DNA of 64,000 nucleotides from Macrostomum lignano (taxonomy: Eukaryota): NCBI GenBank assembly GCA_002269645.1, contig NIVC01001124.1, positions 186,001 to 250,000 on the forward strand, given 5' to 3'. The position numbers were made by a program, and so were the translations under genes. The first letter of the stretch is position 1. Every line of letters starts with the position of its first letter. Under the pieces are notes generated by a model. That model was not told where the DNA came from. It ran no database searches and saw only the letters and a list, made by a program, of their open reading frames with translations. Positions 31,582 through 43,439 of this stretch are shown piece by piece.

Positions 31582-32516
31582 GCGCCTCGTATGCGCCATC
31601 ATCAAGGAGAACCATCAACAGACACGTTCTGGAGTGGCGTGAGTTCTGCATGCGATCTGGTTGGGACTCGGTCCACTGCCCTGTGGTAGCATTGCTCAAC
31701 TATCTGGCTGACCTTGTGGGCACCCGGATGCGCTCCTACAGTGGTGCTTCCTCGGTGGCCAGCTCCCTGTCACTCTGGTTCCGGGTCAACTCTGCGCCAG
31801 ACCTGACCAAGCATGCTGCCACGACACTGCTTCTACGGGGCGCCAAGCGCGAGTTGGGACTGCGAGCCACCAGGAAGCGGCCGGTGTCCCCCTTCATGCT
31901 GGTAGAGCTGCAGCGCCAAGTCGACGGGGCTTGCCGGTTTCAGCTGGCTTGCTGGACGGCAGTCATCTGCTGCTGGTGGGGTATGCTCCGCAAGTCTAGC
32001 CTGCTTCCCCGCACAGCTAAGGGTCCGGCACTCATGCAGCGCTCCAACCTGCAGAGTCACCCAAGGGGTCTTGCCCTGCGCTGCGGTTACGGGAAGACCA
32101 TCCAGTTTAAGGAGCGCGTGCATCTGGTCCTTCTCCCAAGACTGGCTCGGCGGTTGGCACTGTGCCCTGTCGCTGCCCTCGAGCGACACATCCGCGAGAA
32201 TCGGCTGGTGTCGGCTGATCAGCCCCTCTGGTCATTCTGCGATGCCCGGGGCAACCGGCGTTTGCTGACGGGCCCGCAGCTGGACCGTTTTCTCAGCAGC
32301 AAGCTGGTCGCGGCTGGTTTCAAACGCGAGTTTTTCTCTGCCCACAGCCTGCGGCGAGGAGGTGCGACCTGGGCGTCGGCGCTGGGTCTGCCCGTATCGG
32401 ATGTGATGCGCATCGGGGATTGGAGAAGCAGCGCGGTGCAGCGGTATCTGCCGCAGTTTTGTCAGGCGGCGGCGGCGTCTGTTTCCTTTGCTCGGGGGGT
32501 CGGTGCCTTGTTTTAG
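31458..32516 (+). CDS. Tyrosine recombinase
   Basis: Catalytic set intact: GMLRKS (R), GKTIQFK (K), HSLRRGGAT (HxxR), IGDWRS (W), QRYL (Y). The ORF has no in-frame ATG until 31650. Confidence 0.95.
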   Translation: MPVDAGDPAHACFLPRHRRLPSFTGRQAASDPLSRRAASLLSASYAPSSRRTINRHVLEWREFCMRSGWDSVHCPVVALLNYLADLVGTRMRSYSGASSVASSLSLWFRVNSAPDLTKHAATTLLLRGAKRELGLRATRKRPVSPFMLVELQRQVDGACRFQLACWTAVICCWWGMLRKSSLLPRTAKGPALMQRSNLQSHPRGLALRCGYGKTIQFKERVHLVLLPRLARRLALCPVAALERHIRENRLVSADQPLWSFCDARGNRRLLTGPQLDRFLSSKLVAAGFKREFFSAHSLRRGGATWASALGLPVSDVMRIGDWRSSAVQRYLPQFCQAAAASVSFARGVGALF

Positions 32517-32619
32517 CAGCGTTTCCTTGCGTTTTTTTTGCGTTCTTCTGCGTCTCCTGCTAACGTTGCTGGTTTTATTAATCCTTTCTCCCTTTTTTTG
32601 TTTTATTGTTGTATTGGCT

Positions 32620-32647
32620 TTGGAGGCTGTTGCTTCGCCTCCGTGTT
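32620..32647 (+). repeat. Repeat B1 (28 bp, hairpin GGAGGC-N9-GCCTCC)
   Basis: Identical to 32991-33018. Confidence 0.92.
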
Positions 32648-32703
32648 CTCGCCAACCTCGGTGTTCCTCTGTTTCTCTGGGTTCCTTCCGGGCCGGGTAC
32701 TAA

Positions 32704-32922
32704 TGCCTTGGTTTGCTCTGAGGCGTGCCTTTGAGCAGACCAGCTTTAGTACCCCGGGGGGTTGGTTTTGGGCCTTTGTGCGTGCGCGGGGTTGGCGTGG
32801 GGGGGTTGTGCGTTGTGTGTCTCTACCCTCCTTTGTGCAGCGGCCCTCCCCCCTCCGCCTGCTGAGGGTTTTTAATGCCCCGTTTTCTCAGGAGCTCCTG
32901 CGTTCTCGCTCTCGCTAAATTT
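32704..32922 (+). repeat. Repeat A2
   Basis: Matches 28579-28799. Confidence 0.95.
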
Positions 32923-32990
32923 TTTTATTCTTCTTCTTTTAAAAATAAAATGCCGTGTTCGTCACCAAATATACAAGCATTCGAGTCTTG

Positions 32991-33018
32991 TTGGAGGCTG
33001 TTGCTTCGCCTCCGTGTT
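32991..33018 (+). repeat. Repeat B2 (3' terminus)
   Basis: Identical to 32620-32647. Confidence 0.92.
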
Positions 33019-34425
33019 AGCAGACAAAAAGTTTTTCTTTCAAAAACTATATATTTGCAAGGAAATGGAGGCTAGAGGATATGGAGTAGGGTGGGGAGCT
33101 GCCCAACCCACAACTTCTTCATTAACCTCTTTATACTTCTTTTGTCTTATGCCTAAACCATATATTTGGTGCTGCCATTGACTGCAATTATCACATTGCA
33201 AAGCTTGCTATCGAGTGCTCACACATTTTCTACAAATGACACAGATCAATGTCTTGCATCTAAGAAATTTTGAATGAGAATTGTTCTATCTGATAATATT
33301 TTTATCTTTATCAAAGTTTTAACAGTTTCTGTTCTACTGTTTTCAGTTAAGCTTTATTATTTTAGGTATATATTATAAAATAGTTTGTTAAAATGATGAA
33401 AGAACCCTATATGCAACACTTTATAACAATGTTAATGGACAGAGAGGAATTGTTAGGTAGCTCCCTAGTCCCCCCTACTCCTTATCCCTACCCTATTTCC
33501 TAGCAGATAAACTGTTGGCAAACAAATTAGAAAACTAAATCATAGTAAATATTATAACTATGAGTATAATAGTTTTTTTGATAGGCATGTCATAGTTTGA
33601 ACAAAGCTATTGGCACTTTGGCATTAATGTTTAAGCAGCATAAAGTAGGGAGTCCAGTGAGATTTTAAATTTTTCTAATTTGTCTTCTGTTTTGATACTA
33701 TGTGATAGACATTTAAAATATATGAGTAAAATGACACCTTACTTTTGAATTTTGGACAAGTTTTAATATGACACTTTTAGTGTCATATTTTTTTACAATT
33801 CCATAATGCAATTTTCTTACAAGGCACTGTGATCATTTTCCTCAAAAGGTCTGATTTTCTGAGTTATAGATGACATAACTTTTGAACTATTCAGTGGATT
33901 TTCATTCTTCATATGTCATTATTAGCATTTTTCTTATAGATTATTTTGCATTAGTGCTTTGCAAAATACAACTATTCATTTTTTTATTCTGAAAAAATGT
34001 GCTATAAATAGAATTTTAATCATTCAACTATAATTATGCCACTTTTGTCTTTATATAGATCTAGATACAATACTAAGCTGATCCAGCTAGCTAGCAAGGG
34101 GTCCAACCAAGGTAAGCTGCAAAAATGCCAATTCAAAAAATTCCAAAAGTAGTACTAATTAGCTGACAAGGCATTTAGCTATTATAATACAGATATAATT
34201 ACTCCTGCTGTTTACCCAAACATTACATTAACTTTGCTTATGTTTCTTTCATAGTTAAGTTGCTTTTTTGATCAAAAAGTAAACTGTACAGCTAGTGTAT
34301 TCATATATATACATGCTTATATACAAATATAATGTCCAATGCAATGAAACTTAGTACTAAAATCAAAATCAACTTGACTAATAAGATGATGTGATTTCTT
34401 ATGAAACAATAGTAATAGTTATTCC

Positions 34426-34711
34426 TATACATGCGCAACCTCCAAAATTCGGTCGGCCATGCGACTTAGTTTTAACAAAAATGCAACGTAGTTTTTGGCC
34501 GAAAATGCGACTTACATGTAAAAAAACCCTAATGCAAAATAACGCAACTTTGGGTAAACGGCAGGAGTAACTATGACTGTCTTATTAACTCAAAATGCCT
34601 CGTCAGCTACTTAGAACTACTAATTTGGGTGGGCATTTTTGCAACTTCCTTGGTTGGCCGCCAAATTGGTCGGCCAGATTGGCCGACTCGGCCGACTGTT
34701 GCGCATGTATG
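34426..34711. mobile_element. hAT-type MITE, 8-bp TSD GTTATTCC
   Basis: TIRs (t/c)atacatgcgcaac; TSD at 34418-34425 and 34712-34719. Confidence 0.65.
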
Positions 34712-35327
34712 GTTATTCCTGCTATTTACCCAAACATTGGTGCCATTATAGAGTTGTAGGAAGAGCTAGCAATGAGATCATTGTTTTGTCCTGTTTATAT
34801 GCTATTTCAGATAATATATCAGAAGATAAAAATACCATTGATGCATATTTGAAAATGCATAAATTTTTCTACTTTCAATGGAAGTGCACATGTATTTTGG
34901 CTCCAACTTTGAATCAATATTGTAAATGCAAGAATACATATAAATAAGCAGTTTTCTATATTGGAAACTATGTTGTATGTGGCTAGCAGGCTAGTAAAAT
35001 AGAAAGCATCATTCAAAAGTTTTTTCGAAGGACAAAAACTCAAAAACAAAATTTTGCTTGCTTCCTATAGCCTACGGATAGATAAAAAATTCTTAATTTA
35101 TTTTTCAGTTTTTTTGTAGTCAAATATGTTTATATTCCATTGTGTTTAGGCTACTACCTACACATAAGTATATATAAGTATACATTTCTTGGAGAGAAAT
35201 GGTAAGATCCTAAGGCTTAAGCCTTAAGGTAGAATTGCTAAGATGTCAAGGCTTGAAAGAATTGCTACAGTGCTATTACTCTTAGAAAGAATTAATAAGA
35301 AATCAAGGTAGAAAAGAGGGATTGCTA

Positions 35328-35695
35328 CAGGGTTTGTTTGTGCACAGAGTGTGCATATGCACCCTAAATTTTAAAATCGTACCCTGAAATTAAAAAAGTA
35401 GGTGTGGTTTTGGTTTAGGTGTGGTCTTATAACCATTTTTCTTTAAAGGCTTAACCATGCTTAAGCTATTTTTCATGCACTGCCTTAAAATATGAAACAA
35501 AATAACTCTTTAAATCCTATTAAGTCATATAGGCGATATAGCCTATGGCTATAGCCTTATGTAAGATATTAAAATATACATTCCCAGTTGTCTGAAACAA
35601 GACTCAAGAGAAATTGCACTCTGAGCCTTAAAATCGCACCTTGAAATTTGGCACAAGGTGCGATTTCGCACCTTGTCTCTGGCGAAAAAACCCAG
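35328..35695. mobile_element. hAT-type MITE, 8-bp TSD GATTGCTA
   Basis: Ends CAGGGTTT...AAACCCAG (1 mismatch); TSD at 35320-35327 and 35696-35703. Confidence 0.75.
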
Positions 35696-35919
35696 GATTG
35701 CTAAGATTTCAAGGCTAATAGAGAAAATTGAGATATTAAAGCATATGGGGGAATCGCTAAGAGGTCAAGGCTTAAGAAAATAATTACTGAGATGTCAAGG
35801 CTAAATTAGTTAAGATAAATTAGTTGACTCGTGAAGTTTAAAGTAAAGTGTTTCAGATCCTGAAACGAAATAAATATAAGCCTAAATAAAAATGAAAATC
35901 TTGCTTGCTTGCTTGTACG

Positions 35920-36305
35920 AAATCGATTTTCTCCTGAATGGCTTGACCGATTTCCTTCGAACTTGCACTGTTCGATCAGAAATTTTCCTGGGACAGTACA
36001 TGCATCTTGGCTAAGAAATTTCTCAATATTAAAGGGATTAAATATTCGAAAAACATGCTTTTTTACAAAGGTCAAGAAAACTTTTCGACTTGAAATGCAT
36101 TGTAAGAATGCTAGAGAAAAAACTGACTGGTTGAATTCTGATTCTGAAATAGATTGCATCATAACTAAACTGTAACTCCGACTTGAATTGCGTCACAGTA
36201 TTGAAAATGCAGTGTGGAAGTGTAGCACCAGACTTGATTTAGATTGCGTAACCATATTGTTAACTGATACTGACTGACTGAGAAATTGATTATGTCATAA
36301 CTGCC
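35920..36305. repeat. Copy 1 of a ~350-bp dispersed repeat (possibly a non-autonomous Helitron/Helentron-like element)
   Basis: Highly similar to ~36990-37335. Confidence 0.7.
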
Positions 36306-36929
36306 TTGTGTGATTTGTATGCTACTACTTAAATGAAACTTTTTAAATTCATTAATTAAAAACAATGAGAGCTAGCCTAGAGGTGAACAGACAGGTGAAC
36401 AGGTGAACAGTTCGAATTTTCTGAGAGTAGAGTTTTTTATTAATTAAAGCTTTTTTCATTGTAAAATTGTATTAGCTTGCACGCAGCGAGAGACTTTGCC
36501 GTTAATTTTTGTGATTGTGATTTCAGAGCTCTGTGCACCCCATTGGCAGCTAGATAATTACTCGTACTGCCAATATTATTGCACAGACCTGACACTAATT
36601 AAATGTTCAAATTTGGGCTTGACTGTGCTTGGCTCCTACCCCAAACCCTTACCCCCTCAATCTTGAGGCAGGCCAGTGTACATTTCTAGCCCTCTGCTTC
36701 CGAATGTACACACATGGACTGGAGAGCCCACACCGACTCTGTTGTATCTGTCTTATCGATTTTTTAGTTTTTACAACAATAGCCTAGCCCTAGGACCTGA
36801 TAAATAACTTGCTATTAAGTTTGGTTAGGCACTTACAAGCTCTGATTCTTCAGGCATTCAACTCAATCTGCTAAAAACTCTCTTATCATTTCAAGCATTT
36901 CATTCTATATTCTATTATTTTATTATACT

Positions 36930-37335
36930 ATCCTTCCTATATACTAAAAATGAGTTGTCTGTCGGTATGCGATAGATTTCAGAAAAATTGGCTCAACCGA
37001 TTTTCTTCAAACTTGCACCATTTGATCAGAAATTTTCCTGGCACGGTACATGCATCCTGGCTAAGAAATTGCTCAATGTTAAAGGGATTAAATATTTGAA
37101 AAACATGCTTTTTTGCAAAGGTCAAGCCAAATTTTCGACTTGAAATGCATTGTAAGAATGCTAGAGAAAAAACTGACTGACTGAATTCCGATTGTGCTAA
37201 AGATTGCATCACAACAAGTTGAAAACAGTGTCAAAGCAATGCACACACGACTTGAATGAAATTGCGTAACCATATTGCCAACTTAAATTGAGACTGATTC
37301 TGGCTGACTGAGAAATTGATTATGTCATAACTTTT
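36930..37335. repeat. Copy 2 of the same repeat, with a Helitron-like 5' part (cctatatactaaaaatg...gtctgtc...accgattttcttcaaactt)
   Basis: The duplication is seen directly; the Helitron assignment is by resemblance only. Confidence 0.6.
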
Positions 37336-37519
37336 TACTCCAATTGACTTGCTGTAAGAATTGAATTATAAGGGCCACAATTCATGTTCTCCAATTGAAA
37401 AAAGATAGCCCTGATGCGAACAGACTGGAATGCTAATGTAGCAACCTGGATTCGAATCTTAGTAGTGCAAAAAAGATTTTTTTTATTAAAACACCTTTAA
37501 AACACAAAACTGCTAAACA

Positions 37520-39483
37520 TGTCGAACATTAAAGAGTTACCATGTCAAACATAAAAGAGCCACCATGTCAAACCTAAACGAGCCACCATGTCTAATATTT
37601 AAGAGGCACCATTTCGAACATTAAAGAGCCACCATTTTGAACATTAAAGAGCCACCATGTCGACCATAGAAGAGCCACTATTTAGAACATCAAAGAGCCA
37701 CTATGTCAAACATTTAGGAGCCACTTTTTTCGAACATTAAAGAGCCACCATGTCAAACATAAAAGAGCCAACATGTCAGACATTAAAAAGCCACCGTATC
37801 AAATATAAAAGAGTTACCATGTAGAACAAAAAAGAGCCACCATTTCGAACATTAAAGAGCCACCATGTCAAACATAAAAGAGCCAACATGTCAGACATTA
37901 AAAAGCCACCGTATCAAATATAAAAGAGTTACCATGTAGAACAAAAAAGAGCCACCATTTCGAACATTAAAGAGCCACCATGTCAAACATAAAAGAGTCA
38001 ACATTTCAAACATAAAAGAGCCAACATGTCAAACATAAAGAGCCACCATGTCAAACATTTAAGAGCCACCATGTCAAACATATATGTGACTTTATGTCAA
38101 ACATTAAAGACCATTTCGAACATTAAAGAGCCACCATGTCAAACATGAAAGAGCTATAACATGAAGAATATTAAAGAGCCACCATGTCGAACATAAAAGA
38201 GCCACCATGTAAAACATTAAAAGTCACCATGTTAAACAATAAAGAGCCACCATATCAAGCATAAAAGAGCCACCATGTCAAACCTAAAAGAGCCACCATG
38301 TCGAAAATTTAAGAGCCAAAATGTAAAATATAAAAGAGCAACCATGTCAACCATATAAGTGACTTTATGTCAAACATTTAAGAGCCACCATGTTAAACCT
38401 AAAAGAGCCACCATGTAAAACCTAAAAGAGCCATCATGTCAAACCTAAAAGAGCCACCATGTCGAACACTTAAGAGTCACAATGTAAAATATTAAAGGGC
38501 CACCATTTCGAACATATAAGTGAATTTATGTCAAACAATAAAGAGCCACCATGTCAAACATTAAAGAGCCACCATGTAAAACATTAAAGAGCCACCATGT
38601 CAATCATTAAAGAGCCACCATGTCAATTATTTATGTGTCTTTATGTCAAACATTAAAGAGCCACCATTTCGATCATTAAGGAGCCACCATGTCAAACATT
38701 TAAAACCCACCTTGTCAAACATTAAATAGCCACATTGTCGAACATTAAAGAGCCACTGTGTCAAACATTAAAGAGCCACCATGTCAAACATTAAAGAGCC
38801 ACCATGTCAGATATTAAAAAGAGCCACCATGTCGAACATTAAAGAGCCACCATTTCGAAAATTAAAGAGCCACCATGTAGAATATTAAAGAGCCACCATG
38901 TCAAACATATATGTGACTTTATGTCAAACATTAAAGAGCCACCATGTAGAACATTTAAGAGCCACCATGTCGAACATTAAAGAGCCACCATGTCGAACAT
39001 TAAAGAGCCACCATGTAAAACATTAAAGAGCCACATTGTCAAACATTAAAGAGCCACCATGTTGAACATTAAAGAGCCACCATGTCAAAAATAGAAGAGC
39101 CACCATGTCAAACATAGAAGAGCCACCATGTCGAACAATAAAGGGCCACCATGTAGAACATTAAAGAGCCACCATGTCGAACATTAAAGAGCCACCATGT
39201 CAAACATTAAAGATCCACCATGTCGAACATTAAAGAGCCACCATGTCAAAAATAGAAGAGCCACCATGTCAAACATAGAAGAGCCACCATGTCGAACAAT
39301 AAAGGGCCACCATGTAGAACATTAAAGAGCCACTATGTCGAACATTAAAGAGCCACCATGTCAAACATTAAAGATCCACCATGTTGAACATTAAAGAGCC
39401 ACCATGTCAAAAATAGAAGAGCCACCATGTCAAACATAGAAGAGCCACCATGTCTAACAATAAAAAGCCGCCATGTCGAACAT
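37520..39483. repeat. 21-bp minisatellite (aacattaaagagccaccatgt-)
   Basis: Direct reading. Confidence 0.96.
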
Positions 39484-39614
39484 AGGAGACGCAGTTTTAA
39501 ACGTAAAAAGAAGCGTCATGCCAATCACAAAGGAGCCATTATAAAGCTAAGGAAATTGTTGCACTTGCTACTTATTGTCCGGTGGATGCTTGCTATTTAA
39601 AGATCAATACTTGC

Positions 39615-39967
39615 TATCAATTGGTTGCTTGCTATCTGGGGGTGCTTGCTATCTGGGGGTGCTTGCTATCTGGGGGTGCTTGCTATCTGGGGGTGCTTGC
39701 TATCTGGGGTGCTTGCTATCTGGGGTGCTTGCTATGTGGGGGATGCTTGCTATCTGGGGGTGCTTGCTATCTGGGGTGCTTGCTATCTGGGGGTGCTTGC
39801 TATCTGGGGTGCTTGCTATCTGGGGGATGCTTGCTATCTGGGGGTGCTTGCTAACTGGGGATGCCTGCTATCTGGGGGGTGCTTGCTATCTGGGGGTGCT
39901 TGCTAACTGGGGATGCCTGCTATCTGGGGGTGCTTGCTATCTGGGGGTGCTTGCTAACTGGGGGGAT
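39615..39967. repeat. 16-17-bp minisatellite (gggggtgcttgctatct)
   Basis: Direct reading. Confidence 0.95.
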
Positions 39968-40555
39968 GCTTACTGTCTTAGGATGTTTTCTTTTTGCATT
40001 GCACTTCATCTGAGCAGTTTTTCTATTGACTATGTGAAGGCTTTGTTTGGCCATCTTATTGATACTTGTAGAGAACAGAGATTCTATCTAGATGTCCCCC
40101 ATCGGGGGGCGAAGATTGCTAGTATAAGCCTAAACATATAATACATATAGGATTAAATCAAGACGTACAATTGTACAAGCCTTGTCGATATCTATCTTAA
40201 ATTCAAAGAAAATAATGGCAAAACTTGGACAATAGTTCTTTGAACAGCAACAAATAAATTCCTAGAATGCTAAATTAAACACAGGACTTGATATATTTAA
40301 AACAAATTATCCATCAAACGGTTTCTAATGCTCTTGACTTGACGCAAAAAACATAAAAGATTTTATGATTTTTATGCAAAGCTTTAATATATTATTTAGT
40401 TCAGTAAAGTTTCTACATCGGCTACTTGAGAATGACTACTTTAATATTTCGCATAAGTGAGATTGAACACAAGGTGAACACATTTCAAGGAATCAAGCAG
40501 AATGAAATAGAAAGATGAATGAGTCCCGTGACAGCAGTATAGATGACACAAGTAT

Positions 40556-40925
40556 TTTTTTATTAGAGGCAGGGGGGTTGTGTGCACCAGCTGGCGCACT
40601 TTAAGCGACATTGGCACACAACCGGCGAGAGGCATTACTGCCCATTCCGCCGACTCCCCTGAGCAGGCATACAAGCGCGCGGATACGTACGCAGGCACAC
40701 ACTCGCACAGGAGTGTACAGTGGCCCTAACTTTATATTATCGTTAGGCATGTACACTTCACTGCGCCTTGGGGGGTTGGCTCTCAAGGCCGTTAATTGCA
40801 CGAGCAGAGCCAAGCCAAGATTCCAATTCAGCCCCAAATTAATGTGACTGCACTTGGAATCGAGCCTGGGTCGCTGGCACACCAGAGCAGCTGCGCTACC
40901 GCTGGGCTACGGCCCCCCTTATGAC
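40556..40925 (-). mobile_element. tRNA-derived SINE (second family) with A-tail and 13-bp TSD
   Basis: Minus-strand head GGGGCCGTAGCCCAGCGG (A box)...GGCTCGATTCC (B box), 3' AATAAAAAA. TSD ATGACACAAGTAT at 40543-40555 and 40926-40938. A diverged fragment of the same family lies at ~10170-10285. Confidence 0.82.
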
Positions 40926-43296
40926 ATGACACAAGTATACAGTTAGTCCAAAAAACAAGTCCCGAAGTCTCTACTCGCAAAGCGTTTACTTCCCAGGTTC
41001 GCACCCTTTCGCACCTGCAGGTTCCACCCCGCTAATCATGTCGAAATCAAGTTGAACTACGTGTATCGACGCGAAAATTTTACTTTAAAATGATACAGCC
41101 TCATCGACGTCGTTTCAGCACGCTCAAACTGATCGAAGCGCGGCAAGGTTGAGGTTGAGTCCCAGCGGTACTTTCAACACCGCAACTGTCTGTCTGCCGA
41201 GGCGACTCAAACGGATTCCGTGCTTCATGCTCTCTGTTGCTTTAGTGTCCCGGAGTTTCGGAGAAATTCGATAAGCCGGCGATTAGCCGACGACTCGGTC
41301 GGCATCGCGCCGTTGGCGTTTGTGCCGATGGTCGTGGTTTGTGCATGGCTTTGCGGCCTTGACCTTGATCAGCATACGCTATCTCGATGCTGTAACCGTC
41401 TAATACGATGACGGCAGTGTTAGGATCCCCTTTTGTCTTATAAAATTGGCCGATTAAGGCTCCAGTCCCCGGCCTTGTACCTGATTCTGGTTCTGATTTG
41501 GTGTCTAATTTAAGCTGCGACGGGGCTGTGAGAGCTCGCGGCCAACATTCGAAATGAACCTACAATTACATGTAAGAAGGCTAAATGAACCTACACAAAC
41601 ATGATTCATACGATCCCGCAGCTACGGCTCCTGGCCGTTAATTTCCCTTTTGATGGAGTCAACCATTCATTCTGCAAGCCTTTTGCTTGCGGGTGCCTAT
41701 AGATGGAGTCTTTAGAGCAACAGTCTCGTTCCTCGTAGTCTCGCATCGTGACACTCAACAGCGTCGTATGTCGCTCACTTGTTCGTTGAGAAACGAATTT
41801 TATTTGTCTATTGAAAAGATAAAAACGAGACTGTGTCCTGCCATCGGTTCGATGGCAGTGTGTCGATCTGTTTGGATAGGCGCATTGTCAATCGACTGGA
41901 TTGGCAAAAGTACAAGATAAATATAAAGATTGAAACTAAAATATGCATCTTCCTACTTGAAAATACGTGTAAGTAGAATTGTAGATTCTTAAACCAATGC
42001 TAATATGGACTCGGATAACCAAGATGGGCTCAACAACAGCAGCAACAAAATACGCTGCATGTGTGGGTCTTCAGAAGCCAGCGTCATTAAGACAGCAGGC
42101 AGTCGACGAAGCACCGGAGTGCGCGCGCCTTGTCGGTAGGGCGCGCCTTGTAGCTTAGTCTTTACCTTCTTTAGCTCAGTTAAAGTAGACAAAATTTCTG
42201 CTCATAATTCTGAGAACGAGATTCAATTTAATTTTATCCAATAACGAACCGTAGGTAGAGCTGTCGTTCACCTTTGCGAAGGGTGGTAAAAAATTCGTCC
42301 CCAGGCTATAGCGATCCATTCAGGTAGTATATATCATCCTTTGAATAATGAATACATAGAACTAATTATAAGCAGACAAGAAATGAATTGGAATTGCGTT
42401 TTGTTTAAATAAAATTGAGTAATGCACGTAGGAAGTCAGGAAGAAAGAATTCGGTAAGTTTATATTGCGGCAGGCAAGTAACCCGTTTTGTGTCTGACAA
42501 GACGCATCTTTACCGAATGAATCCAGACCGCGACTGCGCAATGCCGCGATTACGGTTTTCTCTCAAATTGCAAAAGCTGTTTAAGTATTTCTTAAGCTGC
42601 ATTGTGGTTGCAAAACGGATAACGAAAACTCTAATTTGAGCTGTTACGCTAGCGTAACATGATCGCGTCTGAATTTGAATGAACTCGAAGTGACTGCATC
42701 AATTTAAGAGGCTTCTATTAGTGGATCAGGCACTTAGCGGCTCAAATTCGGTGACTAGAAGAGACTCGTGGAACCCGCGAACAGCTAAAGTAAAGCTTTG
42801 GAGTCCGAAAGTTGCACTGCAGCCTGACAATACACGAAAGTATATAACTGTTCCACATTCTGAGCTATTCACACCCACGGCACAGAGTGTGTACACATGT
42901 TTGACCATGAGAAAGTCAGAGCCCGTGTAAACTTTATGTAGGCCTATCCATGTGCGTTCTCAGGGGTCACAGCGGAACGGGCATTACTTGACTTATCCAC
43001 AGGGGCTCCAGGCATCTGGATACAGCGGGGAGGCGTTGCATGCTAATCCCTGGCGACCACGGTCAGCTGGTGCCTGTGTCCTCAGCGCGGTCCCGCTCTG
43101 AAGAGTCCAGGAGGCTTGGTGTTGGCACCACTTACGATGGCTTGATTCTAGACTGGAGGCTTCAGTCACATGAATATTGATGACATGTCCGTCTCCTGGC
43201 GATTTTGTCCGATTGTGAGTGCCCTGTCGAGTCCGATCGGTAATGCCCGGACTACAGGTGGCCTTGGCTCGATCTATGGTCACCGACTTCGCTCAG

Positions 43297-43345
43297 CCAA
43301 TCGCGACAGTCGAGTTGTGCGGTCTGAAGCGGCCGTCTATTTAAA
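43297..43345 (+). promoter_or_regulatory. CCAAT (43297-43301) and TATA-like TATTTAAA (43338-43345) upstream of the peptide gene
   Basis: Motif position about 100-140 bp upstream of ATG 43440. Confidence 0.45.
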
Positions 43346-43439
43346 GTCGGAGATTTTTCCCAACCAGACTCCGCCCGATCATCAGCTCGAATCGACAACT
43401 CACTGCAGCTAGGATAAGAAGTTCCCCGAGACAAGCTCA

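Larger units (their letters stand above)
28579..33018 (+). mobile_element. Ngaro-like tyrosine-recombinase retrotransposon with split direct repeats A1-[gag-RT/RH-YR]-B1-A2-B2
   Basis: A1 28579-28799 and A2 32704-32922 differ only by two 1-nt indels. B1 32620-32647 equals B2 32991-33018. RT, RNaseH and YR domains are present and no methyltransferase ORF was seen. Flanked by an identical 30-mer at 28550-28579 and 33019-33048. Confidence 0.93.

Noticed and set aside
29000-32516. Horizontally acquired phage or bacterial integrase
   Set aside because: The YR overlaps an RT/RNaseH ORF inside split direct repeats, the standard layout of a eukaryotic YR retrotransposon.
41040-41420. GC-rich, coding-looking stretch
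   Set aside because: All six frames are short, and no recognisable domain or consistent splice model was found.
42994-43002. Perfect DnaA box TTATCCACA
   Set aside because: A single 9-mer in eukaryotic DNA is expected by chance.
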